From positions 1-64,000 of IMG/VR virus record IMGVR_UViG_3300044796_000657: a DNA stretch of 64,000 nt. The stretch is one strand, 5' to 3'. The first letter of the stretch is position 1, and the number at the start of each line of letters is the position of its first letter. Of this stretch, positions 28,534 to 37,621 are shown piece by piece. The position numbers and the translations under genes were made by a program. The notes beneath the pieces were generated by a model. It made no database searches. It was not told the origin of the DNA and saw nothing but the letters and a program-made list of their open reading frames with translations.

Positions 28534-29030
28534 TTTTTTAAATAGCGAAACCCCTATAGGAAATTATTTTTTTCTTGGGTGTTAAACATAAAGTAGTCGT
28601 CCTTGCTGTGGGGTAGGGGGGTCACTGGTACCCTCGTCAGACCTTTTGATAAATAGTTAATTAGATGATTAGAATGCCACAACATATGCCTATACATGGT
28701 GTGTATGGTCACAACCCCCAGGCGTCGCTCGCACGCTCGCTTGACTGTCAGTGCGTGGTGGCGTGACCATACAGCATGTGTGTAAACCCTATGCGATACG
28801 CTGGCATGGGGCGGGTGTGAAATGGCAATGACAGTCGTTTGAATATCTTAGCCCTGCTTGTGACCATACATCCTTTGTCCTTATCCGTTAATGTTACCAA
28901 GACTTCATTGCTCGTGACCATACAACCTATGCCCCCCACTTCGCCGAGGTCGTGCGTCTTAGTAGTAGTGACCATACAATCATTGCTCTCGCTTTGATTG
29001 AGAGCAATGATTGTGACCATACACTAGATG

Positions 29031-29789
29031 TTAACCTACATTGCGTAAGTAGTTCCGCAACGTATCTACCTCGTCATAGTCCCCGCTTCCGTTATCATCA
29101 ATCCGTTGTAGAGCCGCAACGGTTAGGCGGCGCAGTTCGTCATAGTCCCGCTTTCGCTGTACGATTGCGTTTGCGGGGCGATCAGGGGCGGCGTGGGGTG
29201 TTTTACCCTTCGGCCCCCAAGCGGCCACCAGTTGCGGATAAGACGTAAAGGGCGTGGGATCTTTATCATCATCGTCAGTCCAAAAGAATGTGCGGCTCTT
29301 CCCCTCGCCCTTGGAACACTGGTCGGAAGGGCAACATACGAACCCCTTCCCCTTATTCCCGTTGCCTTTGGCCTTGACCGTGAACGGAACTAGATCGGCC
29401 CCTTCGCAGTTCGGGCAGAGTCGGCAATAGTTGACTTGGTTCGCCAACTTGCGTAGCATCGCCGTTAGGCGTTCTTCCCACCCCTTGACCCGTGTTACCC
29501 AGCGCTGCGACTTCCCCCCGTGGAAAGTCAAGATAGGCGGTTCCCCCGGCTTCGGGTTCGGCGTGATACTGACAATGCGGCCCCGTATGGAATCCTCACC
29601 GCAACCCTTGCTAGTATCGGCCCCGTCAACCGACGAACGGACTAGGATACCGTAGGGGATGGACGGGAACGGGCGAACTAGGTAAGTATGTTCGCCGAGA
29701 TTGAACCCGGCGTAAGTCCAAAGCGGTTGACCCTTCGGCGCTGGCAGAGCATCCTCAAACTCTTGTTTGGTAAAGTAATCAATAGGCAT
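29031..29789 (-). CDS. Protein with C-terminal GRF-type zinc finger
   Basis: CPNC...NKGKGFVCC...C...FFWTD; likely start MPIDYF. Confidence 0.7.
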   Translation of the reverse strand: MPIDYFTKQEFEDALPAPKGQPLWTYAGFNLGEHTYLVRPFPSIPYGILVRSSVDGADTSKGCGEDSIRGRIVSITPNPKPGEPPILTFHGGKSQRWVTRVKGWEERLTAMLRKLANQVNYCRLCPNCEGADLVPFTVKAKGNGNKGKGFVCCPSDQCSKGEGKSRTFFWTDDDDKDPTPFTSYPQLVAAWGPKGKTPHAAPDRPANAIVQRKRDYDELRRLTVAALQRIDDNGSGDYDEVDTLRNYLRNVG

Positions 29790-29880
29790 TGGATTTCCCC
29801 TAGTGACCATACATGGAATGTTAACTTGATTTTTTGTAGCTGCGATTAGGCCGAGGTCGTGACCATACAGTAGGTACTGC

Positions 29881-29912
29881 CCTAAGCCCCCCGGATAACC
29901 GGGGGGCTTAGG
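29881..29912. terminator. Perfect 14-bp hairpin downstream of the helicase
   Basis: CCTAAGCCCCCCGG-ATAA-CCGGGGGGCTTAGG. Confidence 0.75.
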
Positions 29913-29920
29913 TCGTTTAG

Positions 29921-31951
29921 TTATTCGTCGGCGAACATCTCACGGGGGGCGTTTTCCATGTCGCTCCCTGCGATGCGGTTGACCGTGAGCAAGAGCCGTT
30001 TACCCCGGCTTAGGGCAACGTGTCGGCAAGCGGCATCCTCCTCCGAGTCGCCCCAGCTTTCGTTGAACTTGGCGCTATCGTCCACGATTGCTACGTCTGC
30101 TTCGTCGCCCTTACAGCGATACACCGTAGTAAGAACACGGCGGGCCTTACGATCAGCGTAGTAGGCGATAAAGCGGCGCAAGTTGCCTACCGTGGCGATT
30201 GCTTCTAGGCCCGCTTTAACCAGCAACGTAGGATCGTCCTGAATTGCTTTTCCGAGTTCCAGAACAAAGCGCTCCATAGAATTCGGATCGGGTGCGCCCG
30301 TTTCCGCTGCTTCCGTTTCCGCTGCCATCTCTTCCAATTTTTTCAGGCATACGGCAAGGGTCGTGGGATATTCACCAGCGGTATCAGGCCACCCGGCGCC
30401 GTTGTAGATAAACCCGTCAATAATCCCCATGAAGCCATCGTTGCCACGGATACAACATTCTTGTTGTGATTTGAGCGTATCAATGAGCAGTTTGGATAGT
30501 GGGGCGTTCGTGCGAGTGATCCATAGTGCCGTTTCGCCGGGGGGGAGGTTGATCCAAGCGGTGAACGCTTGCGATTGATCCACGATCCACGCTTCCGACT
30601 TTCCAGCGGGAAGGGCCGATTGTATAACCGTATTGAGCGGACGATAGGCGGCGCAGATTTCCGGGCCGTGGCGGAAAGTTTTTGTTAGTTGCGCCCTCAC
30701 TGCTGCTTCACCCGTCAATTCTTCCCAGAGTCGCCCGATAAGGTTGAAGGAACCGCCAAAAGCGCCCCGCCAACCGTAGATAGCTTGACCCGCCTTATAT
30801 CCATCGTCGCCCGGTTGACCGCTGGCATCATCCCCGATAACGGCCAGCTCGCCGTTGCGGAACACCTGCGCCAGTATGACGGCGATTTGACATAGGGAAA
30901 GGTCTTGCCCTTCGTCAACGATAGCGCCCGGCAGTTGCGGAAGTTGTATCGTCCGTATGAGACTTGCGAAGTGGCGAACGTCATCATTCGTCCATTCGCT
31001 TGCTCGTTTGGATACGCAATCGAACCGCATTTTCCAACCAGTTCGGGAAATGGCATCGGCGACCGGGCGGGAGATTTGTTCGGCTAAGTCTACTTTCTTG
31101 CTAGTCTTATGCGAACGGCAGAGCATAGCGGGGAGATAGTCCCGAATGAGATCCATAGCGCCGTGAGTTTGTTCCGCTTTCCGTGCTAGACTTCCGAACC
31201 GTGTGAAAATGGCATTCACGCTATCGGCGAAAAAATTGGTATCGGTTTCGTCGGTCGTGAAGAGGCAAACGTCCCGCATACGTTCAACGATTTTTCCGAC
31301 GATACCCAACCGGGGGCGCTCGCCCTTTTCGAAGTTCGGTTCGGTCAATTCCTTCCAGAGATCATTGAGCTTTTTCGTATCATAGTTGCGACGGGTGAAG
31401 CCCTGCGCCCGCCCGTGCCACGAGTTGAGCGTAGCAACGTCGGGAAATTCAATCGGCAGTTTTTCCAAGGCGACGTTTGCGGCGTTTTTATTGAACGTGA
31501 GGAGCGGATACTTGAAGAGATCGCCCTTACGGCGCTTGTGGATTGATTGCGCCGACCAGCTAACCGTAGTGGTTTTAGCCGTTCCGGGTCCGGCGTCAAT
31601 GAGAAGCAAGCGGCCCCCACGTTGAGCGGGTTCTTGAGCGAATAGGGCGTTAATTTGATTCTGTTCGGCAGTGGGGCGGGCGATGATAGGCCACGTTTTA
31701 GCCCGTTCCACGACTTCGGCGGGAACGAACGTAGTGTTATTCCAGATAACCCCCTCACAACCGGACTTGATCCAGCTTTTGCCGACTTTCTTCACGCTGC
31801 CCTTAGAGCAACGGAACCCCTTACCGCTGCCCATTGGCACCATGCTTGCGCCGCAAGTAGGGCAGGAAATGATACCAGTAGCGGCACAACGGTTAGAATC
31901 AACCGTCGGCTTCTTGACCCGTGGCGTGAATGCCATAGCAGTAGTTCCCAT
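29921..31951 (-). CDS. UvrD/Rep-like SF1 helicase with N-terminal zinc ribbon
   Basis: AGPGTAKT (Walker A variant), LTFNKNAA, VDEGQD, GD...QAIYGWRGA, LTKTFR, TRTN, TVYRCKGDE, HVALSRGK; N-terminal CPTC...C...C. Confidence 0.9.
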   Translation of the reverse strand: MGTTAMAFTPRVKKPTVDSNRCAATGIISCPTCGASMVPMGSGKGFRCSKGSVKKVGKSWIKSGCEGVIWNNTTFVPAEVVERAKTWPIIARPTAEQNQINALFAQEPAQRGGRLLLIDAGPGTAKTTTVSWSAQSIHKRRKGDLFKYPLLTFNKNAANVALEKLPIEFPDVATLNSWHGRAQGFTRRNYDTKKLNDLWKELTEPNFEKGERPRLGIVGKIVERMRDVCLFTTDETDTNFFADSVNAIFTRFGSLARKAEQTHGAMDLIRDYLPAMLCRSHKTSKKVDLAEQISRPVADAISRTGWKMRFDCVSKRASEWTNDDVRHFASLIRTIQLPQLPGAIVDEGQDLSLCQIAVILAQVFRNGELAVIGDDASGQPGDDGYKAGQAIYGWRGAFGGSFNLIGRLWEELTGEAAVRAQLTKTFRHGPEICAAYRPLNTVIQSALPAGKSEAWIVDQSQAFTAWINLPPGETALWITRTNAPLSKLLIDTLKSQQECCIRGNDGFMGIIDGFIYNGAGWPDTAGEYPTTLAVCLKKLEEMAAETEAAETGAPDPNSMERFVLELGKAIQDDPTLLVKAGLEAIATVGNLRRFIAYYADRKARRVLTTVYRCKGDEADVAIVDDSAKFNESWGDSEEDAACRHVALSRGKRLLLTVNRIAGSDMENAPREMFADE

Positions 31952-32207
31952 TATATGGAACCACCTCCGTTTAGGCCGGAGTTAGCCTCAGCCCCTCTCT
32001 GTGGGCTTACCCGTATACTTGTATGGTCACAACCCCTCGGCGTCAAGTGAATTCTCAAAATTCGCCCTGCTTGTATGGTCACAATGGGGTCTGGCTATTA
32101 TCGGCCATGCTTGTATGGTCACAATTGCCTTTGAATGTTAACTGCCTTGCTTGTATGGTCACGGGTACTTAACCGCCCCCCGAAGGGGGGCGCAGTAGCG
32201 CCAGGGC

Positions 32208-32289
32208 GTGACCATACATACGCTGAAAGAAACGGGCTATCTTTGTCTTATGCCCTTGGCGAAGTCCTATTCATGGTGTGTATGGTCAC
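32208..32289. repeat. Inverted-pair element copy 1 (82 bp)
   Basis: GTGACCATACA-N5-TGAAAGAAACGG ... CTATTCA-N5-TGTATGGTCAC. Confidence 0.85.
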
Positions 32290-32400
32290 GACGGGGTGGC
32301 CCAATAAAAGCGAACCGATCCGGTTCGCCTATTGGGGTGTCTACCTATTGGCTTGTATGGTCACAGCCTCCTCATTCTGATGATCGTCCAAGTCAGATTG

Positions 32401-32631
32401 TCAGAGAGTATCACTACCGGGCATGGCCAGCGCTGGATCTTCGGGCATCACGGCATCATCGGCGATACGCACCCAATGCGTATATTTCATATCGAGGACG
32501 TTGCTGATTTCACCGATCTTGGCTTGTTCCATCCAAGTGATAATTTCACCATGTTGTGGCATCATCTTGCGGGCGTCTTCAAGTGTCAGCACTTCAGGCC
32601 ACGAATGATCGAGAACGAGGAACTTGGCCAT
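32401..32631 (-). CDS. Cassette ORFan
   Basis: AGGAG SD; lies between two sites. Confidence 0.75.
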   Translation of the reverse strand: MAKFLVLDHSWPEVLTLEDARKMMPQHGEIITWMEQAKIGEISNVLDMKYTHWVRIADDAVMPEDPALAMPGSDTL

Positions 32632-32676
32632 AATATTAACTCCTATTGGCGGGTTTACACCAATAGGGTTGTATGG

Positions 32677-32862
32677 TCACTCCAATTCCAAGAAGCATCG
32701 TCCGCCGATCACTTTGATGCTCTTGATATTGTAAGACGTTCCGGCTGGTTCGCATTGGGCGACAAGCGAAGTTTCGCCGTCAACTTCAATCTCCTCACCA
32801 GTGTCGGGGTCGTTGCCGTTCAAGAGCGATGATAGAGCGGCATGAAGTTCGTTCGGGTTCAC
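32677..32862 (-). CDS. Cassette ORFan
   Basis: GGAG SD + GTG; TGA stop is inside the site. Confidence 0.75.
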   Translation of the reverse strand: MNPNELHAALSSLLNGNDPDTGEEIEVDGETSLVAQCEPAGTSYNIKSIKVIGGRCFLELE

Positions 32863-32974
32863 GGCATAATCTCCAGAGCTTGGGTTTACACCAATAGGAC
32901 TGTATGGTCACTCACTGCCGTCTGCACTGGCAATCGTTGTGGGCTTGCACACGATCTATGCATGGTGCTGCACA

Positions 32975-33298
32975 CTAGCTTGGGCTATTCGCCTCGGATT
33001 GAATGACGAGAACGGCGACCCAATTACCCCGCTCATTCTTGGCGTATTGAACTTTGTTGAGGATGCCTTTATTGGCTTCCAAGCGGCGTAGGGCTTCCGT
33101 TCTCATTGCCCGGTAGCTGCCCACCATTTCAGGATAAACGGCGTTTGCGGTCGGCCAGTCCCAACCGCTGGTAATATCGCCGGGGCAATGATTCTGCTTT
33201 GCCGTGAAGGCAAGATAGGCCAGAACACGGTTAATGCCCTTGATTAATTGGGCATCCTTCATCTCACCAACGGGCTTCGGGAATTTTGGCTCTTTCAT
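32975..33298 (-). CDS. Cassette ORFan
   Basis: AAGGAG SD; 107 aa. Confidence 0.8.
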   Translation of the reverse strand: MKEPKFPKPVGEMKDAQLIKGINRVLAYLAFTAKQNHCPGDITSGWDWPTANAVYPEMVGSYRAMRTEALRRLEANKGILNKVQYAKNERGNWVAVLVIQSEANSPS

Positions 33299-33335
33299 GG
33301 CTGGTCTCCTTGTACCCGTTGGGTTGTATGGTCAC

Positions 33336-33550
33336 TCAGGCTACGTCTTCATGCGGTAGGTCGTCGCTATTGACGACGATAACGAGTTGATCGCCTTCCG
33401 AACCGCCCTTGCTGTAAACGACATTGAACAAACTGAAAGTTAAGTCAGGTTCGGTGCCGTGGTGAGACATGAGCAGAGTAGCGGGGCAATCATCGCTCAA
33501 GTGTTCATGGCTTTGCGAATATCCCCGACACTGACGGTGTGGACGGCCAT
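33336..33550 (-). pseudogene. Cassette ORFan with a 1-nt frameshift
   Basis: AAGGAG SD; MAVHTVSVGDIRKAM joins EHLSDDCPATLL...EDVA* if one G is added near 33505; 215 nt; stop abuts the site. Confidence 0.6.
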
Positions 33551-33584
33551 AACATTGTCTCCTTGTACCCGTTGGGTTGTATGG

Positions 33585-33821
33585 TCACTCCCATACAAGG
33601 CTAATGCCCTTGCGAGAGAGTTTGACACGGCGACGATCTTGGCGGGAAGGCTGAGGGCCGACATTGATGCGATACAGTTGATCCAATTCGGCACAAGCGG
33701 CATCATACTTCCGAAGGGCATGGACATAAGCAACGCCTTGCAGTCCATGAAGTTTGGCGCCGCATTCTTGTTTCTTGGCTTTGAGGCGGACCTTTTCGGC
33801 CTCATATTCGCTCTTGTTCAT
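33585..33821 (-). CDS. Cassette ORFan
   Basis: TGA stop inside the site. Confidence 0.75.
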   Translation of the reverse strand: MNKSEYEAEKVRLKAKKQECGAKLHGLQGVAYVHALRKYDAACAELDQLYRINVGPQPSRQDRRRVKLSRKGISLVWE

Positions 33822-33859
33822 GTTAACTCCACCCCTTTGATACTAGGGGGATTGTATGG

Positions 33860-34294
33860 TCACCCCTTGACGAATTCACCGGGTTGAGCATCAAAGAGCT
33901 TGCGGGCTTCTTTCAGCGTCGGGAACGATTCCCAGAATACCCGTTTGCCGTTGCCGAAATCGTGCTGCCGAACGTGAAAACAAGCGTGTTCGTGCCACAA
34001 GTCCGTATCGACGCTTTCTTCTGTGCTTTTGCGTTCAATGTAGCCACAAGCGAAGGAATAGGCCGTTAGGCGTCCATCCTTGCTACGGAAGCTTGGCGAC
34101 TTGTAATTGCGGCTGATTGCGTCCAGCATTTGAGCGTAGGAGCATTGCTTGGCGTGGATCATGCCCGTCAACGCTTTGTATTCGTCGGGGAGGCAAACGC
34201 TTTCAATGTAGTTCGCCCATCCTTGCGTGATAGGCGGCATCTTTGCCTTGCATTCGGCGATAATGGCGATTGCCCTTGCTTGTGAAATTCGCAT
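33860..34294 (-). CDS. Cassette ORFan
   Basis: GGGGAG SD; TGA stop inside the site. Confidence 0.8.
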   Translation of the reverse strand: MRISQARAIAIIAECKAKMPPITQGWANYIESVCLPDEYKALTGMIHAKQCSYAQMLDAISRNYKSPSFRSKDGRLTAYSFACGYIERKSTEESVDTDLWHEHACFHVRQHDFGNGKRVFWESFPTLKEARKLFDAQPGEFVKG

Positions 34295-34333
34295 TTCAAT
34301 TTCTCCCCGTTTGGTATCCAGTGGGATGTATGG

Positions 34334-34576
34334 TCACCGCAAAGAAACGGGTGCTATTGCCAGAATGAGGTCTTCACCCTTGGCCGTAATGTTAACTTGG
34401 CTATTGCCGTCCTTTTCCACTTCTTCCAGCAACTCGGCGATATTATCAGACTTATCGCCCAGACGATACGCCAGAACCAAAGCCTTATCAATGGCTTTCT
34501 GAAACGAATTGGCGTAATGAAGCTCCTGCAGCACGGCGATCCCATCCCGGCTGATGATTGCGACGATGAACAGCAT
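34334..34576 (-). CDS. Cassette ORFan
   Basis: GAGGGG SD + ATG 34576; TGA stop inside the site. Confidence 0.75.
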   Translation of the reverse strand: MLFIVAIISRDGIAVLQELHYANSFQKAIDKALVLAYRLGDKSDNIAELLEEVEKDGNSQVNITAKGEDLILAIAPVSLR

Positions 34577-34615
34577 TTCAATCCCCTCTTGGTACCACTT
34601 GGCTTGTATGGTCAC

Positions 34616-34834
34616 CTACTTCGGGTCCGACCACTGACCCATGACGATTTTTTCCTTGCCCGTCTTGGCTTTCTTGATCGCTTCCTTGGCCGATTCGGCT
34701 TCGACCTTGGCGATCCAATACATACCGGCGCTGAGACGATCCCGATTATCGCCGTCAATGTTCTTGTGAGTGCGATAGCCCCGACTCTTGGCAGGCCAAT
34801 TACTATAACACTCAACATAATAAATTTTCGGCAT
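34616..34834 (-). CDS. Cassette ORFan
   Basis: GAGGG SD; TAG directly abuts the site. Confidence 0.8.
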   Translation of the reverse strand: MPKIYYVECYSNWPAKSRGYRTHKNIDGDNRDRLSAGMYWIAKVEAESAKEAIKKAKTGKEKIVMGQWSDPK

Positions 34835-34897
34835 GACGAACCCTCTTAGTTAACATCACCGGTGTATGGTCACATTAAACATTAACATCCTGCCACC

Positions 34898-34980
34898 GTG
34901 ACCATACATGCTGTGAATAGGGCTTTGATTTACATTTGTATATCTTTATTCAAAGTCTTATTCATGGTGTGTATGGTCAC
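34898..34980. repeat. Inverted-pair element copy 2 (83 bp, near-perfect hairpin)
   Basis: 11-bp terminal inverted repeat plus TGAATAGGGCTTTGA/TCAAAGTCTTATTCA inner stem. Confidence 0.85.
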
Positions 34981-35057
34981 AGAGGGTGTTGTACGGTTAA
35001 AACGATCAATCCGGGGGCGCTTCCACCCTCGGATTGATCGCAAGGCTGCCGAATTGT

Positions 35058-35114
35058 TTAGCCTTCATAGCCGAAGTCCCGTTCGTCGTCGTAGTCGTCG
35101 GGGTCGGGCGGCAT
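35058..35114 (-). CDS. 18-aa acidic micropeptide cassette
   Basis: AAAGGAG SD; MPPDPDDYDDERDFGYEG; between a site and a hairpin. Confidence 0.45.
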   Translation of the reverse strand: MPPDPDDYDDERDFGYEG

Positions 35115-35146
35115 AGTGGTCTCCTTTCATTGTTAAGGTTGTATGG

Positions 35147-35365
35147 TCACTCCAAGAGAGCGGCCAGCAATTCCTCATCGGACAAGTTTTCTGGAACGTC
35201 GGGCGGCAGTCCAAGGCGTTCCCGCTCATCAACAATTTGCTTTTCGTACTGTTTCACCCAGACTTGACGCAATTTACGTTCGTTGTCATTCTTGGCAGAT
35301 GCTAACCGCTGGCGCTCATGACTTAGTCCAAGTTCAAGAGCGTGTAAATGGCTTAGGTCTTTCAT
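35147..35365 (-). CDS. Cassette ORFan (coiled coil)
   Basis: TGA stop inside the site. Confidence 0.75.
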   Translation of the reverse strand: MKDLSHLHALELGLSHERQRLASAKNDNERKLRQVWVKQYEKQIVDERERLGLPPDVPENLSDEELLAALLE

Positions 35366-35383
35366 ACCTATTGGCCTGTATGG

Positions 35384-35617
35384 TCACTTCTTTTTCTTCT
35401 TTTGCGTTTCCATTCGTTTGAGCATTTTGCCAAGCTGGTGAAGATCAACCGGCTTATGCATCCTCAATTCCAGTTTATCGGCGAGTTCACGGGTCGTTAA
35501 CTGCCCATGTTCAGCAGTGATTTCGACAATTAGAGTTTTTATGTGCCCCTCCAAGTCGTACCAACTACTGGACGCTTGGTTACTAATGCCTTCGTTTGGC
35601 TTGTCCGTTTCTTTCAT
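35384..35617 (-). CDS. Cassette ORFan, possible winged-helix
   Basis: HGQLTTRELADKL...QLGKMLKRM; TGA stop inside the site. Confidence 0.7.
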   Translation of the reverse strand: MKETDKPNEGISNQASSSWYDLEGHIKTLIVEITAEHGQLTTRELADKLELRMHKPVDLHQLGKMLKRMETQKKKKK

Positions 35618-35651
35618 GGCTCACCCCCTTGGTAACCATAAGGGTGTATGG

Positions 35652-35927
35652 TCACCCGAAAAGGAGGTGCGTGTGGATGATGTATTCCCGGCGGGTTTCG
35701 TCGGGAAATGTAGTATCGCTGAATTCACCGCTGACGCCGGGCAATTCACCTTCCGGCACTTGATCGCCCTTGAGGAAAGAGAAGCCAGCGTAAACGTCGG
35801 CTTCATAGAGAACACCTTCGAGAATGGAATTCCAACCGGCCCGCAGGTCAGGAGAACAATCCTTGCTCTCCCGGTTGAGCGTGTTCACCCTCTGGATCAA
35901 TCCTTTGACATGAACAGTTTGCCGCAT
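35652..35927 (-). CDS. Cassette ORFan
   Basis: GAGG SD; TGA stop inside the site. Confidence 0.8.
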   Translation of the reverse strand: MRQTVHVKGLIQRVNTLNRESKDCSPDLRAGWNSILEGVLYEADVYAGFSFLKGDQVPEGELPGVSGEFSDTTFPDETRREYIIHTHLLFG

Positions 35928-35942
35928 GGTATCGCCTCTTGG

Positions 35943-36653
35943 TTAACCATTAGCCTGTATGGTCACCTTCTTGTCGTCGTATTCTTTCATGCCTTCGTAT
36001 GTGTCAAGTTCGCTTGCGGCCCGTTCGTTCATTTTGTAGGCGTTGACTTGATCGCCGACGCACGCTAAGAGCCATTCCAAGCGGTTCACCGTGATGCCCG
36101 CAGGAACGAATTGAGGCGGGAACGTCCACGTTCCTTTGATTGCCTCGGCACACGCTTTCAGGAAGATCAAAGCGTAAAGGCTATTGTGCCAACCGTGCGT
36201 ATAAAGCCCGTAGATTTGCGCCGGGGTGTTCGCACCGTGCGCCCATTCCGGTACCGGCGTCCATCGTGTATCATGCTTGGCGGAAAGAGCTACCGATGTT
36301 TCGCCGTGGTGGTTGTAGTAGGTCGGCTTTTTGTCGCTGTATTTGAGTTTGTGGAAGCGTTGGATCGTGTCCGCCTTCGGTTCCTTCGGCCACATTTGAG
36401 AAATGACGGGGTTGCAGCCATTGGCCCGCATATGACGGGCGAGGGCGTGTAGGAATTCTTCGAGGCGTTCGCTGATAAGTAGGCCCGGCGGGGTGTGTTT
36501 CGTCGGGTAATCGCCCATACAATCGGCAAACGCCACTTGCGGGTTAACCGCTTTGTTGGTGTATCCCCAACGATTATCGGGGTGAAGGTCTGACGGGAAG
36601 ATCATAAAGATATGATCCGGGTTCACCAAACTACGGAATTCAATAACGGCCAT
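35943..36653 (-). CDS. Cassette ORFan (236 aa)
   Basis: AGGAG SD; reads through the site and stops at the TAA of GTTAAC. Confidence 0.8.
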   Translation of the reverse strand: MAVIEFRSLVNPDHIFMIFPSDLHPDNRWGYTNKAVNPQVAFADCMGDYPTKHTPPGLLISERLEEFLHALARHMRANGCNPVISQMWPKEPKADTIQRFHKLKYSDKKPTYYNHHGETSVALSAKHDTRWTPVPEWAHGANTPAQIYGLYTHGWHNSLYALIFLKACAEAIKGTWTFPPQFVPAGITVNRLEWLLACVGDQVNAYKMNERAASELDTYEGMKEYDDKKVTIQANG

Positions 36654-36771
36654 GATAAAGACTCCTAGAAGGATGTTAACAACTATCAGGCTGTATGGTC
36701 ACCGAAGATACGCCCCTCGGAACTACCGAGAAGCGTAGGGAATATGCCGGGGGAAGTGGACAAGACATGGA

Positions 36772-37056
36772 TCAAGCGGCGTGGCGTTCGTATTCGGCGG
36801 CTTTGGTCGTGTAGTGCTTACAAAGTTCACGCCAATCGGATACGGGAAACTTCCGCAGGGTCAGAGCGAGAAGAGGGGCATTCTCCTTATCGGCCCGTTG
36901 CGGGCAATTCCGCATATCAAGGGCCGCACGGGTTTCAATGTATAAGATAATGGCGTACTCTTCGTTGCCCTTGTGCTTCTTGATCGTTTGCAGCACGTTC
37001 GTCAAAACGGGCTGACAATTATCAATCAGCATCAAAACGGTTTCGAGGGGTTCCAT
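36772..37056 (-). CDS. Cassette ORFan
   Basis: AAGGA SD + ATG 37056. Confidence 0.75.
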   Translation of the reverse strand: MEPLETVLMLIDNCQPVLTNVLQTIKKHKGNEEYAIILYIETRAALDMRNCPQRADKENAPLLALTLRKFPVSDWRELCKHYTTKAAEYERHAA

Positions 37057-37107
37057 GATCGCAATCCTTTTGAGGTTGATGTTAACAACCATCGGGGTGT
37101 ATGGTCA

Positions 37108-37269
37108 CTAGGACACTTTCAAAGCCTCAATCTTTTCAATCGCCCATTCGAGACCTTGTATCGTGCCTTCATTCTTCCACTTCGCACGATTCCCCGAAAA
37201 ATTGCCAGCGTCGGCCTCTTCTTGACACTGACGCTGCAACTCTTTAAGTTCAGCAAGAATCTTTTCCAT
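37108..37269 (-). CDS. Cassette ORFan (53 aa, not in ORF track)
   Basis: MEKILAELKELQRQ...ALKVS*; the G of TAG is the first G of the site. Confidence 0.7.
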   Translation of the reverse strand: MEKILAELKELQRQCQEEADAGNFSGNRAKWKNEGTIQGLEWAIEKIEALKVS

Positions 37270-37316
37270 GATCGTTTACCCTTGTGGTTGATGTTAACAA
37301 CCATCGGGGTGTATGG

Positions 37317-37577
37317 TCACAACCACTCGCTTGCGAGGGCTTCAACAATCGGCATGTTGATGTACATTCCGTCGTCCGTTTGATAGACACCAGCTTCGCC
37401 CAACAGAACGGGGGAGCTGAACTTGGTGCCATCCTTCCGAAAAATCTGAGCGGAAGGGAAACGACTGTCTGACACTTCAACGAATGCCCGTTTGCCAGCA
37501 CAACGCATGTGCATGCACACTTCGCTGTGAGGCAATTCAACTTCGACCTTTTGGCCGGGAACTACTGGTTGCCGCAT
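37317..37577 (-). CDS. Cassette ORFan
   Basis: GGAG SD; TGA stop inside the site. Confidence 0.8.
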   Translation of the reverse strand: MRQPVVPGQKVEVELPHSEVCMHMRCAGKRAFVEVSDSRFPSAQIFRKDGTKFSSPVLLGEAGVYQTDDGMYINMPIVEALASEWL

Positions 37578-37621
37578 GATCGTTCTCCGTTTTGGAAGTT
37601 AACAACCATCGGCCTGTATGG

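Noticed and set aside
28763-32364. CRISPR array call for the two site clusters
   Set aside because: The repeat is only 11-16 bp, spacing is irregular, orientation is mixed, and no cas genes are in the window.
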